Origin: Eledone cirrhosa
Lineage: Eukaryota
DNA: 64,000 bases
Direction: 5' to 3'
Assembly: GCA_964016885.1 (NCBI GenBank)
Contig: OZ024743.1
Location: 35,402,001 to 35,466,000, forward strand
The notes beneath the pieces are model-generated. The model was given only the letters and a program-made list of their open reading frames with translations, had not been told where the DNA came from and ran no database searches. Position numbers and translations under genes: made by a program. Position 1 is the first letter of the stretch; every line of letters begins with the position of its first letter. Positions 24,160-37,700 of the stretch are shown piece after piece.

Positions 24160-27100
24160 GACGTGTATTACTTCGTTCCGGATTTTTACGGATTATTGTT
24201 AAAAAAAACTGTGAGTTCATTGTTCAATTTATTAGCATTGTTTAGTTTAACCCCTTGCCTGGGCCTTCAGACGTTGAGTTGAGTCAACTAATTTTCGTCC
24301 CTTTCTGGGGGCGAAATTTTCATTTTCATCTCAAAACTGTGTAGACTTGGTAGTCAACAATGGATGCCATTTCAACCTCACACACTGTCGTGAGTGCCAC
24401 GCTCACTAAGAAAAGTGGTGGAGGGAAGGTAGGAGTACAAAGCTTGCAGCCTTCCCCCCTCGCATTATCGAAAAACGTTGAAAATATTGAAACCACGGAA
24501 CCAAACCCGGTAAATAATACCAGCATCAACAACAAGAACAATGACAATAACACCACAACCAACAACTGCAACAATAACAACACCAAGGAAAACATGAACA
24601 ATATCACCAACAGTGACAACAACAACAGCAACAAAAAAGACAACAACACCAAAACAACGTTCGCACAGACTGTAAAAAAAACGAATTATACACGCCAATT
24701 GACATAACAAATGCTAAACAACTGCTACAAGACGCAAAACAATTTGTGACTTTTGGCGAAAACGGTGCTTTTAGCATCAATTCTCCACAGGTATTACGTA
24801 GAGAGGCTGTCCTGAAAACTGGTTTTCAGGACAATATCGAACGAAACAAGAAAACCAGCTCAATTATCACAAAATGAAATTGAGATGGTTCTAAAAGATG
24901 CAATGAAGGGCATAACCTTCATCCCAAAAGGAAAACTGTTTGGTAGCATTTCGGTGCTAATGAATAACCAGCCAACAGCACAAAAATACTCTGTATCACC
25001 CATTGTGTCCCCCCGCTTCACCTTTTTCCCCACATACAGGGGAAAAAGGACACAAAGAATAAAAATTATTAGTATCACACCAAATGTAAATATTTGGTGG
25101 ATACTATGTGGATTCATTGACTTTGATGAAGACAGGATAATTTCAGTAGGAAAGTCCTCTGGAGGTGTATTTGGTGGGACCAGCGTAAAAGTTCTGGTGC
25201 AAATGAGCCCAGAACGAATAGCGAATATCCCACAACGCGTGCCTCTGGACGGGCTAACTTATATAAACATGTCAGTGGAGGGAAGGTGGCCGTCATGTTA
25301 CCACTGCTTAAGCAGGGGTCACATGAGGGCTGCCTGTCCTCAATTAACGAGTAAAAAAAAGGCTCTTCTGCCAACCCCGAACACAACAACATAACCACCA
25401 CCACAACAACAACAACAACAACCACAACAACACAAGTCACTGTTCCACCCAACCTCTCCCCACCTAAAACAAATACAAAAGCAACCACTACAAAACCCCA
25501 ACAACACGGAAGAGGACTCCGTATCAACGTCACCCAGTGACGACGAGGGAGAACCCTTTCAACAGGTGAAAAGGAAAAAAAAAGGCACCACATTAACAAA
25601 AATGCAACAAACACACAACCACCAGCACAAACAGAACAAACATCACAAACAAAAAACCCACCCCTCCCGAAAACATAACACATACTACAAAACGCAAACA
25701 CGCACAAGAACAACAAACAAAAACAAAAGCAAACACAACACAACAAAAACTCTATACATACATTAACAAGAACAATAACACTTTGATGAAAGCAATAGAC
25801 AATAACCCTTCGGTGGAAACCGAAGGGATCACTTTCACCTACGCAGCGAACAAACCGCACCTAATGATGATTAGGGTCCCAACGGAAACCTATGTAACTC
25901 TGAAAAAGAACCATCCAATGCATGTGGGGACCACTTGCACCAAACCACTTAACAGCGTCCTATTGAGATGTTTCCCCACCCCACACCAGACACCCACACC
26001 CCACCAAACACAGAGTGGATGTAATGGTTATTTGCGAGTCCAGGATCAGCAGCGAGCGCCAACTGGCCCCCATCTTCGACGACTTTGAGATCTACGCATC
26101 TCTCTGTCAGCCGAGGGGTGGGGGTGGGGTTGTCGTTCTGCTGCGAAAATACCTGGGTCTTGCCACACAGAAGGTACACCTGGACCCGGAGGGTCGGCTG
26201 GTGGTTTTAGACGTAGGCAGTAGTGAAGGTGGAGCTTTCAGGCTGGTGGCAGCGTATGCCCCATCTGGGACACCGCGACCGGACTTCTTCCGACGCCTGG
26301 AGAATTTCCTGGGAACGTCTCGCTCCTTGCTTTTAGTGGGGGACTGGAATGGTATCCTGGATGCAGGTTGGGACTATGTAGGGCATGTCACGATAAAGGG
26401 GGGTGTAACAGCCTCGAACGATTAATCGGCCGATTTGATCTGGCCGATAGATATCGACTAGACTTTCCGACTGTGCCACTGTGGACGTGGACTAATCTCA
26501 GCGGAACATCTAGGTCGTATCTAGATAGGTTCCTAGTTAGAAATAAGGATAGGGACACATTAAGCTGTCCACGAATGTTCATGGTTGACTATTCGGATCA
26601 CAAGTTGGTGACCGGAGTGGTCAACCTTGATAGAACTCATAGACAGGGACCCGGTTACTGGAAGCTAAACTTGTCTTTACCGACAAACAAAACTTACAGT
26701 AAGCGGATTAGCACACTAGTTAAGCAGCGGTTGACGGGGGCCATTGTCAACAGCAGGTGGTGGGGCTCTCTCAAGAGAGAAATTAGAATAGAATCGATAG
26801 GTTTTAGTCAGGAATTAGCATCAGATAGGAATAGAACTGAAAGGGAATTAATAGATAGAGTAGAAGAGGCGATTAGGAGTGGCTACGTGGCCGGCGTGCT
26901 GGCGTCAAGAACGGCCCTAGACCAATTCTTTAATGCGAAGCAAGAGGGCTGCGTTGTCAGGAGTAAAATACGTGCTCTGGGTAACGAGGGAGCCAAAGCT
27001 GTTAGCTGGGCCCGAGTGACAGAGGCAAAAAGTGGAAACAAGTCCACGATTCGGTCTTTGAAGGACCAGGATGGACGCGTGATCCTTGAACCTGAGCGGA

Positions 27101-29598
27101 TGAGAGTGGCCTTTCAACGGCGCTTTGCACGACTGTTCGGGAGGGGCGGCGGGCCGGATGGGGCCATGGATTTCGGTCCATACCTCGACGGTCTGGTGCG
27201 GCTCTCGGACGGGGAGAAGAAGTCCTGCGAGAGGCCGATTTCAGCCGCTGAAATAGGGGACGCGCTGAGCCAATGCGGCAAACGCAAATCTCCGGGTCTC
27301 GATGGTCTACCATACGAACTTTATGTAGCGATGCCGGGCTTGTTCTCCGGTCTCCTCAAGGCGGTCTACTGCAACTGGCAACAGAATGGGAGAATTCTCA
27401 GTTCTGTGACCAAGGGCGTAGTCACGCTGGTGAGGAAGGACGAGAACAAGGGGGATGACATAGATAACTTCAGGCCCATAACTCTGCTAAACACAGAGTT
27501 AAAGATTTTGGCCAAGGTGTTAGCGAAGAGGTTGGCGCTTGTCGTCGGGAACCTGGTGGGAGAAGCGCAGACATGCGCAATCCCGTCCAGGTCCATACAC
27601 GACAACCTCCACCTCATGCGATACATCGTAGAGAGGGTAGGGAACGAACCCGGCTTTGGTGGGGCCCTGATCAACTTGGATCAATCTAAGGCATTCGATA
27701 GGGTTGACCATCGGTACCTGGATGCAGTGCTCGTGGCGGCAGGCTTCAGACCCGTTTTCAGGGGCTGGATTGCTGCAATGCACAGCAGCAACACCTGCTC
27801 GAGGGTCAAGGTGAACGGCTACCTCTCGGAGCTGTTCCAAATCACGCGATCCATCCGACAGGGATGCCCTCTCTCCTCCCTTCTGTATGTGCTGGTTCTC
27901 GAGCCACTACTGCGGAAGCTGGAGCTGTTGCAGGGCATCCCCTTGGAACCGGGATTGCGGAAAGCGGTGTTGGCCTACGCCGATGACGTGACAGTAATGG
28001 TGTCGTACACCTCGGAAATCGGGAAGATCGGCACCTTACTGGAGGAATATGAAAGGTTCACAGGAGCCAAGCTGAACCGGGACAAGTCCGTCGGTTTGCA
28101 ACTCGGGACGTGGAGGGGCAAACCGATGCCCTCCGACGGCATCGTCGGACGCTGGACGGAGGGACCGGTGAAGCTGCTCGGGGTCTGGTTCAGACCGGAC
28201 CTCCAGGTGGAGAAAAACTGGGACGAGGTAACGGCCAAGGTGTTTGCACTCGCCCAGAAGTGGGCCGAGTGCAAACTATCCCTGAAAGGTCGAGCGAAGG
28301 TGGCGAACGCTTATATAGCGTCCGTCATCTACTACCACTTGACCGTCGTGCCTTGCCCAGAGAAAACACTCGCCAAAATGGAGCGCGCGCTCTTCCGATT
28401 TCTTTGGAAGAAGTAGGCTCCTTTGGTGAGAAGATCCATCTGCTGTCAACACCCTTCGAACGGAGGGCTGGGGATGCCGTGGCTGACGATGCGTAGACAC
28501 GCATTAAGGCTACGGCACCTCCAGGTATTCCTCACCGGTCAGCCGGGGTGGGCCCTGTTTGTGAGGCGAGCCTTTCCGAGACTCGTCTCACTCACCGAGC
28601 TGCAATCCTGGGTCAAGAAAAGACCGAGAAAAGTGGGCGACTGGCACATTGAATGTGCCCAGGCGCTCACGGCCCTCTGGCAAGCGGATCCGGCAATCAG
28701 TGGAGACTCAACCTCAACATTCTATAGAGGGTTGGTGCGCAGTAAGTGCGACAACGCTCTCGGAGGCTCTGGGCATGGAGGAAGATGAGCTAGCCAGTCT
28801 GTTCGGTAGGATCTTTGGCCCAGGACCGATGGACAACTTCCAAAAGTCCCTTGCTCTGGCAATGTTACCGAGGAGCTCTACCCGTTCGGGACAAGCTCTA
28901 CAGACACGGGCGCCCGGGTAGGGACCCCTCAAAGAAGATCTGTCCGAGATGCGTGCGTGACGAGGAAACCATCGCACATGCATTCATACACTGCCCGGGC
29001 GTTGCTGACCTGTGGGGCTATGTGGAACGACTACTGTCGCGGGTGAGACCAATCCGGTTGACCACCGAGAACATTGTCACGATCAAACCGCCTCCCCCTT
29101 TCAAAAACGAAGGAGAGGCGGTTTTCCTCTGTGTGATAGCTATGGCGAAAGAGGTTGTATGGTGGACAAGGTTGAAGGGGTTGAGGTCAGACACCTGTCT
29201 CTCCAGCCAACAACTGGTCCTTTTTTTCAAGTACCACTTTAGAAGAAGGATCAGAATGGAGAGAGAGGTGCTCTACCCCAGCAAGTTTTATGAAAGATGG
29301 GTGAAAGTAGCGAGAATGGCCCGAGTGAATGGGCCTTCTCTCTATATCAGCCTGTAGGTGAGAGAGGAGAAGAATGAGAAGAGGAAGGGAGCACCCGCTC
29401 TTTGTGCTCCTGAAGAGGAGGGTTGTACATTTTTTCGGGGGTGTGTGCGACCCATGTCAACGCCCCTCCCTATTGAGGACATCGATTGTTAAATTTAATT
29501 TGTTATATGTTTTTTTACACGTCTTTTTAAATGTATGTAAACTCTCCCCTTTGTATTTGTCCCAATCTTTGATGCCCTGGTGGCAAATAAATAGAAAT
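24160..29598 (+). mobile_element. Tx1/L1-clade LINE, near full length: ORF1 (gag-like CCHC) and ORF2 (APE-RT-CCHC), disrupted
   Basis: ORF1 CYHCLSRGHMRAACP. ORF2 AYAP, VGDWNG, YLDRFLV, YSDHK, KSPGLDG, NFRPITLLN, LDQSKAFDRV, RQGCPLS, AYADD, CPRC..ETIAHAFIHC. TAG at 28414-28416 plus frameshifts. Ends aaataaatagaa. Confidence 0.92.
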
Positions 29599-29849
29599 TT
29601 ATATCCCACTACATACCTCACTCTCACTCTCACCCCCTCCCCTCACTAAACCACCAAATTCTCTGTCCCTCTCTATATACCACTACAATATTTTTTACTT
29701 TGAAACAACAAATGTTTTCATCTTCTGTAAAGAACAACAAAGTTTTCCATCCCCTCCCCATCTTTTGAACCCCTAGGGTGTGGGGGAGATCTTTCTTTTT
29801 GTGTTGGTGGTGTGCTTTTGTTGAATTATTTGACTGGAGTTTAAAATAT

Positions 29850-30025
29850 GTGGTGATGGAGGGTGATGGTGGTGTGGTAGTGTGGTAGTAGTATGGTGGT
29901 GGTGGTAGTGGTGGTGTAGAGGGTTGTGGTGGTGGTATTGGTGGTGGTATTGGTGGTGTACAGGGTGATGGTGATGGTAGTGGTGGTGTAGATGGTGGTG
30001 GTGGTTGTGGTAGTGTGGTGTTGGT
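29850..30025. repeat. (GGT/GGTGT)-rich simple repeat
   Basis: Directly visible. Confidence 0.85.
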
Positions 30026-30059
30026 TTATTTTGAATCTATCTATCTATCTATCTATCTA

Positions 30060-30518
30060 TCTATATACTACTAAAACTCTGTGATTGTGTGCTTGTCTGT
30101 AATGTAATACAGCCAAGATGGCACATAATGGGAAAAAACTTTGAAAGGAAGTTGCACCTGAAATGGGAATACAAATGGAATAAAACAAGTTTTGCGTAAA
30201 TCGGAGCACAGGTTCCTGAGATATGGGGTTTTTCCGGGTACCCTCATAAATAGCCAACAGCTCTGTGATAACTAATAACCCTCTCTCTCTATATATATTA
30301 TAACCCTATCTCTCTATATATTATAACCCTGTCTCTATATATTGTAACCCTCTCTCTTTCTATATATTATAACCGTCTCTACACTACACTACCACCACCA
30401 CACTACTACCACACTACCACACCATCACCACCTTCCACCACCACACATTTTAAACTCCTGTCAAATAATTCAACAAAAGAGAGACTACCCGTGCCCCTTT
30501 GGGTCACAGGTAGTCTAG
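30060..30518 (+). mobile_element. Second Helitron-like non-autonomous element
   Basis: 5' tctatatactactaaaa; short tandem ctctatatattataacc units; 3' hairpin agactacccgtgccc-cttt-gggtcacaggtagtct ending CTAG then T. Confidence 0.65.
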
Positions 30519-30689
30519 TATTTATAAGGTTCCTAGCAATATCTAATTGATTACATGTATGTACTTATATTTAATCTTATATATTTGTTATATGATAATT
30601 GCCAATTCTTAGATGTAGCAATGACATTATGTTCCAGTATAAAATGTATGAGATTATCGAAGGTATTCAATAAAAGAAACGAAACAACC

Positions 30690-32954
30690 TGCATGGGTTA
30701 GATGGCTTGTCACATTCTGAGGCTAGATCATGCCATGCTCATACGTTGTCTTGGTCTCTCTGGCTAAATGCCCTTTCTAACACCAACTACTATATAGCTT
30801 GTACTGGGAGCACTGCTAACTTACAGTGTAAACTGGGTGCTTTTCGTCATGGCACCAGCAATGCTACCTTACAGGCTATATGCTGCTTACTGAGAGAGAG
30901 TCATGTCACCATGTGTGAGGAAGTGTCAGGTTATGGATGTGACCTTGAAAAGAATGAGTTGCATCTGGCAGTATATTGTGAAGTGTTTCAGGTTGGATAA
31001 GGAAAGCAAATTGAAGATGTGGGGAGAAGGGAACACAATATGTGTGTGCATAGGGTAGGGTGTGGAACACATCTTTCTTCTGGGCTGGAATAGGTTGGAC
31101 AAGGAAGATGTATAGGGAATATGAAGAATATGGATGGGTTTAAGGGAAGCACAATGGTGGTGGTGGTGGTGGGGGAGTATTTATTTCTATGCTGGCATGG
31201 ATAGGACGAGGAAGAGCGGGTAAAAAGGGGTTAAGATGAAGAACGTGAGTGGAGAGGGACTTAGATAGTGAAGAGAGGGAAGGGGATAGTTGGGAGGATT
31301 AAGGTGGTGAAGATGTGGGAGTGAGAAATATGATGCTGCTCTCCTCATCCTCATTTCATCCCACCTGCATGAATAGGTGAGTCTTCTGTCATATGGTATA
31401 TCTCCAGATCTCCAGTCAACTTGATCTTGTATCATCTCTTTCATGAGGCTCACCTACACAAGGTTAGCCTTCACCACATCATCCTAACTTAGGTCTTCCT
31501 CTTCCACATGTTCCATCGACTTTGAGTGCTCTGCACTTCTTTATGCAGCTGCCATCCTCCATGCACATCACATGTTCATGCCAGTACAGTCTTCTCTCCT
31601 GTACACTGTATCTAATTCATTTTATGAATAGCTTTTCTTTTAGTTTTTTAATACTTCACCGATCAAAGTATGCTCGCCTCATTTTTTCCCAATATTCACA
31701 GTTCCTTTAAAGCCATGGCTCAAGCTTCTGTTCCATGCAGCATTACAGTTTAAGCATAAGCATCATACAATCTTCCTTTTATTTTGTAGCTAGCAGAGGA
31801 AGTAGTTCTCTGAACTTTTTCCACCTCGTTCTTACTCTAGCTACTGCACTTTCAATGCTGACGACTATTTCTAGAGTGCCATCTGACCATTTGAAAGAGC
31901 CTGTTTCATGTAAGCTCTTGCTGCTAACCACTCCTTAACGAAATGCAGTTCAGTTTTTTTGCCAAGTAGAGGTACCACTGATGCCCTCTTCCTTGTAAGA
32001 CAACTGCAGAGTACTTAGCTAAGAGTAAGCTTCTATACCAAGCATTCAGTGACCTGGAGAAAGGTTTTGGCTCTTAGTAAACTAGAGGTAGATGAATGGT
32101 TGGTGAGGGCTGTACAAGCCATGTGCAGAGGTACAGTCAGCAAAGTTAAAGTTAACAATGAGTATACTGATGAGTTTAGCATGCAGTGTGGATCCACCAG
32201 AACTTTGTTCTCAACCCCTTTCTGTTTATCATAGTCATCCAGGCCTTAATGGAGGAGTTTAAGTCTGGCTTCCCATAGAAACATTCATATGCAGATGACT
32301 TAGTTCTCATTGCTGAAACCACAGTAGGAACTTCCAGAAGAAATTCCAGACTTTGAAGTAAAATCTGGAGTCAGGGACTTGAAGTCAACCGAGGAAAGAC
32401 TGAAGTCCTAGTAAGTAGGAAAGATAGTAGGGTCCTGATTCTGCTAGAGAAATAACCATAATCAATATGCAAAAAAGAAGTGAGTAGAAATTCCATACAG
32501 CAAACAAAATGGCAAAAGATATAGTGCGATCTTGTATGTAGATGTACAGGAGTCATCTGCATATAAAAGTGGTACCTCTACCTGGCACAAAACTGAACTG
32601 CATTTCATAAAGGTCAACTGTATTCCTAAACAGTTGTACTATAACTCTTTCAGTAACTTTCATGACTTGGTCTATAAATTTGATACCTTTATAGTTTCCT
32701 CTTGTGGTTAAAGTGTAGCCCACTATTCTAGATAATTTCCTCAACTATTCCTGATGGTCCAACTGCTTTGCCTGTCTTCATAGGAAAATGTTCAGGACTC
32801 CGACGGCAGAGCTCAAGCCGTTTCGACGGCTATTTCTGTACTTTGCGTCCAGAAATAGCCGTCGAAACGGCTTGAGCTCTGCCGTCGGAGTCCTGAACAT
32901 TTTCCTATGAAGACAGGCAAAGCAGCTGGACCATCAAGAATAGTTGATGAAATG

Positions 32955-32960
<6 letters not shown>
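30690..32960. mobile_element. Old RTE fragments in mixed orientation
   Basis: Minus C-terminal piece ~31380-31935, plus RT piece ~31940-32550 (VDEWLVRAVQAM, YADDL), minus NYKGIKFIDQVMK ~32555-32705. Confidence 0.8.
32783..32905. mobile_element. TA-flanked perfect palindromic mini-element (hairpin MITE)
   Basis: ggaaaatgttcaggactccgacggcagagctc...ttctg, an 11-nt loop, then the exact reverse complement. A diverged relative is at 63886-64000. Confidence 0.75.
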
Positions 32961-33022
<62 letters not shown>

Positions 33023-33411
33023 GAGATTATATTTAATTTGTTGGGATTCAACAAGCTTAAACATTTTTTATAACTGATATAAAGCACTCAACAGTTTAGT
33101 GGAGTAAATACACAATATATTAATAAATTGTTTCTACTTTTGGCACAAGTCCAGCAATTACTCAGTGCATTACTGGTACTTTATTTTATCGACCTCGTAA
33201 GGATGAAAGGCAAAGTTAACCCCGCCGGGATTTGAACTCAGAATGGCAAGGGCCATAACTATGCGTCAAAAATATATTAATAAATGGAAACTATATTTAT
33301 AAACCCATATTTATTTTATTATACATATTTCAAGGGCAACCAAGCTATCCAGGAAGCTCCAAGGTTGCCTTTTTTCCGGGTATGTCAATATTTATTTATA
33401 AAACAAATCTG

Positions 33412-33477
33412 TATTTTATCTGATGAAAGCGCACCATAATTTACTTTGGTTGCCCTTGAAATATGTATAATAAAATA
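33412..33477 (+). ncRNA. Type I hammerhead ribozyme motif in a small fold-back unit (33271-33518)
   Basis: tattttat-CTGATGA-aagcgcacc..ggttgccctt-GAAA-tatgta-TA-ataaaata; 8-bp stem I. Confidence 0.65.
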
Positions 33478-33540
33478 AATATGGTTTTATAAATATAGTT
33501 TCCATTTATTAATATATTGTATATATATATATATATATAT

Positions 33541-34215
33541 GGAGGCACATGGCTTAGTGGTTAGAGCATTGGCCTTGCAATCAAAAGGTTGTGAGTTCAA
33601 TTCTCAGACCGGGTGATGTGTTGTTTCCTTGAGCAAGACACTTTATTTCACATTGCTCCAGTTTACTCAGCTGTAGAAATGAGATGATAGGGATCCCAGT
33701 CCCTATTATTCCACTGCAAAGTGGTCGTGGAGGTGCCACGGCAAAAAAGCACCCAGCACTCACTGTAAATGAGGTTGGTGTTAGGAAGGGCATCCAGCTG
33801 TAGAAATCAAGCCAGAATCAGTTCCCGTCCCACCCTTGCAAGCAGGGAAAAGCGGACATATAATGAAATGATGGAGGCACATGGCTTAGTGGTTAGAGCA
33901 TTGGCCTTGCAATCGAAAGGTTGTGAGTTCAATTCTCAGACCGGGTGATGTGTTGTTTCCTTGAGCAAGACACTTTATTTCACATTGCTCCAGTTTACTC
34001 AGCTGTAGAAATGAGATGATAGGGACTGGGGTCCCTATCATTCCACTGCAAAGTGGTCGTGGAGGTGCCACGGAAAAAAAGCACCCAGCACTCACTGTAA
34101 ATGAGGTTGGTGTTAGGAAGGGCATCCAGCTGTAGAAATCAAGCCAGCATCAGTTCCCGTCCCACCCTTGCAAGCAGGGAAAAGCGGACGTAAAATGAAA
34201 TGATGATGATGATGA
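33541..34215 (+). mobile_element. Head-to-tail dimer of tRNA-derived SINE family 1 (33541-33872 and 33873-34215)
   Basis: A box tggcttagtgg, B box gagttcaattc, CORE-like ccttgagcaagacacttta, RTE-A 3'UTR-like tail, (ATG)n end. Confidence 0.9.
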
Positions 34216-34265
34216 TATATATATAGAATTCACAGGAATCAAAGTTATGTTCAAACCATTTATTA

Positions 34266-34310
34266 GCTTACAATTGTTTCATCCAAACCGAGGCTTGAAG
34301 TCTTCGGAGC
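34266..34310 (-). ncRNA. Type I hammerhead-like motif with one core substitution
   Basis: Minus strand: gct-CCGAAGA-cttcaagcc-tc-ggtttggat-GAAA-caattg-TA-agc; palindromic stem III. Confidence 0.5.
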
Positions 34311-34793
34311 ATTTTTCAATGTTTGTATACATACATGACCTCCTTTCCAACTCAAGAGACATACAGATACATATGTATATATTGATGTACAGTGGGGTGA
34401 CATATATTATATTATTTCTGAATGGCAATTTAAATTCAAAATCGATGAACATTACACTCTGGTATTTATTGCTATCATACCATGAGTTTATTCTATTAGC
34501 CTTGTTCCTAGTTCTTTCTATTCTATTCCAACACTTCATCCACCGTATGCAGTTCTCTGGCTACAATCAGAGAGATAAAATCAGAGTGTATAGAGGAGCC
34601 AGAACTAAATGGGAAAAAATGGTAAATAATGACATAAATGGGACCTGCCCCTTGTATAGGAACAAATTTTGGAATAGAATAGAAAGAACTAGGAACAAGG
34701 CTAATAGAATAAACTCATGGTATGATAGCAATAAATACCAGAGTGTAATGTTCATCGATACAACCCCTAGAGGTGAATTAGCTTACAAATTTA

Positions 34794-37700
34794 TAACCGA
34801 CAAAATTGACGGTATAAATATGGCCGACACCTCATTAACGGATGAGTTCAACAACAAAAACAACAACACAAATATATACGGCAACACAATAATAGATGAC
34901 AATGAATTATCGGTATTATGTCTGCCCCCGCGATTTGCGACATTCATAAATATGATTAGTTGTCTGTCAGAAATAGAAAAATCATTTACAAAACTACGCT
35001 GGAGCCTCAAAAACAAAAACAAAAGCAACAATATACGCACACACATATACAACACACACCCCAACAGCAACAGACACACAGACACAAACAACAATAACAA
35101 CAACACACACACCAACAACAACAACAATAATAACATACCCAGAAACAACAACAACAGACACGCAGACACAAACAACAATAACAACACACACAACAATAAT
35201 AACACACACGGAGACAACAACAACACACATCAACAACAGCACACATCAACAACAACAACACACACACATTCAATGCCTCCCACCACCACCACCACAATCT
35301 TAACAAACACACAGACAGAGAACAAGTAATGACAGTAGCACAGAAATCACAGAAATAAGGGAAAGCAATAGGATTAAAAGGAGAAGGGAGACTAAGGACA
35401 AAGAAAATAACCAAGACGAACACACAGACACACAAAATAGGGTAGATAACAACAATGAGCCAGTGGAAAGAGACAGGAGTAATTATGAGAGACATAGAAA
35501 CAACCATGAGGCTGTTGGTGGAAATAGAAATAGAAACAACACAACTAATAATAACAATAGCACTAGTACACATAAAGCAGCAGCCTGGAACTCTACGTTT
35601 TATAATCCCTCCGATAAATCGTTCGACCTGCGACGAGTCCACGCCACGACTCTACCATTTAACAAACGCACGCAATTGCCGTCGCAGGTCGATGAACAAA
35701 CAGAAGCACAATTTAGTATAGCTAGATCCGAACTTAGAAATATTATAGAACAGTATAGCAAGAAGCATAATAGAATGGAGGCCCAGCAACTGGGAGAAAA
35801 ATTTGCAAATGGCTTGCGTAAGCTCACGCAGCGCTCGCGTAATGGAGAGATAGCATGCTTTCCAACAGACAAGTCTGGCAGAATGTCGGTTGACAGCCTG
35901 CCAAACTACATCCAGGCAATGCAACCCCACATCACTAACACAAGAGAGGTAACACCACAGGAGCATGAGGATAGAGAAAAAGCCCTCAATGCCCATATGG
36001 TGATGTGGACGAATATAATGCAGCCCAACAAAAGGACTGCCAACAACTTCGAGGCCTGGAACAATGACGTGCCGGCGTTGTATGGGCTTCGAAAAGACCA
36101 TAAAACGGGCAGTGACCCTGTCGCGGGACCACCAACACGGCCAGTCTGTGGAGCTAACATTGCTAGTAACTACAGACTGTCCTACTTCCTCTCCCTGATC
36201 ATACGCCCCATCATTGAAATGTCCCCAGCTGTATGTGACAGCACGGAGGACTTCCTTAGCAGAATCGGCGTGAGTAATCGATCTAGGGACCTAACAAACT
36301 GCATAATAGGTAGTATGGATGTTGTGTCCCTGTATCCATCTATTGACGTGGATTTTGCTGTGGAAAAATGCGTAGAAATGATCAGTGAGAGCAATGTTGA
36401 GTTCCGTGGGATTGATACCAGTGAGCTGGGACTCCTACTTAAACTTACCTATAGTAATAATTACTTAGACACATATGACCTTAGCAACTTGTGCCCTACA
36501 AGACCAGCAAGAGGCAGACCACCTACCATTACCTCAATGGCCAAGAAAACCCACACAGATAGATGGAACGGGTGGAACAGAGCCATACGGACACCCGAAA
36601 ACCACGATGAACTGAAGAAAATGATTGCACATGCGGTAGGAGCCAGCATAAAACTAACCCTTAAGGAACATATGTTCAAATTTAATGGAAAAACATATGC
36701 CCAAGAGGAAGGAGCAGCCATTGGTGTTAGCATTGCAGGCGACATAGCTAACTTATTCATTGTATGGTGGGACAGTAGACTTAAACTTAAACTTAAAGAA
36801 CAATTAGAAGACCCCTTAACCCTGATAATGTACTCCCGCTACGTTGATGATATAAACATCGTAGTTAAGACACCCCCACTAGAAAACAGTCACGAACTAG
36901 AGAAAAACACAATCGAAAGCATCCAGCAAATAGCTAACTCCATCCACCAGAACATTAGAGTTACTATAGACTACCCAAGTAAACACCCCAACCATAGATT
37001 ACCTGTACTAGACACAGAGCTCTGGTTAGATACCATTAATAACAAAAAACAAATCCTCCATTCCCATTATACCAAACCCATGACTTCCAAACATCTGATC
37101 CACCGAAACTCGGCCGTGTCGGACCATACCAAAATCAACATACTGATTGCGGATTTGGTACGGGTGATGAGAAACGTGTCCCGCATGTGCAACCCCGAAG
37201 AACTAGAGAGACACATACAACACTTCATCCACCGTATGCAGTTCTCTGGCTACAATCAGAGAGATAAAATCAGAGTGTATAGAGGAGCCAGAACTAAATG
37301 GGAAAAAATGGTAAATAATGACATAAATGGGACCTGCCCCTTGTATAGGAGCAAATTTTGGAATAGAATAGAAAGAACTAGGAACAAGGCTAATAGAATA
37401 AACTCATGGTATGATAGCAATAAATACCAGAGTGTAATGTTCATCGATACAACCCCTAGAGGTGAATTAGCTTACAAATTTAGAAGGGCCCTAAATAAAC
37501 ATAAACTCAATATTAAGATAGTAGAAAGACCAGGTACCTCCGTAAAAACACTTATTAGCAAGACATACCCTTTTCAAAGACTCTCATGTATAGATAAGAA
37601 ATGTATAACCTGTAAAATAAGCCCCCATATTAACTGTAAAACTAGAAATGTAGTGTATAGCATAAGATGTACTGAAGGACAATGTAGAGACAAAAATATA

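Noticed and set aside
33541-33615. tRNA gene
   Set aside because: It is a SINE head that continues into CORE-like and LINE-derived sequence and is present in multiple copies.
34247-35329. 360-aa ORF as an independent gene
   Set aside because: A chimera of an antisense segment, a duplicated internal PLE segment and the PLE N-terminal region.
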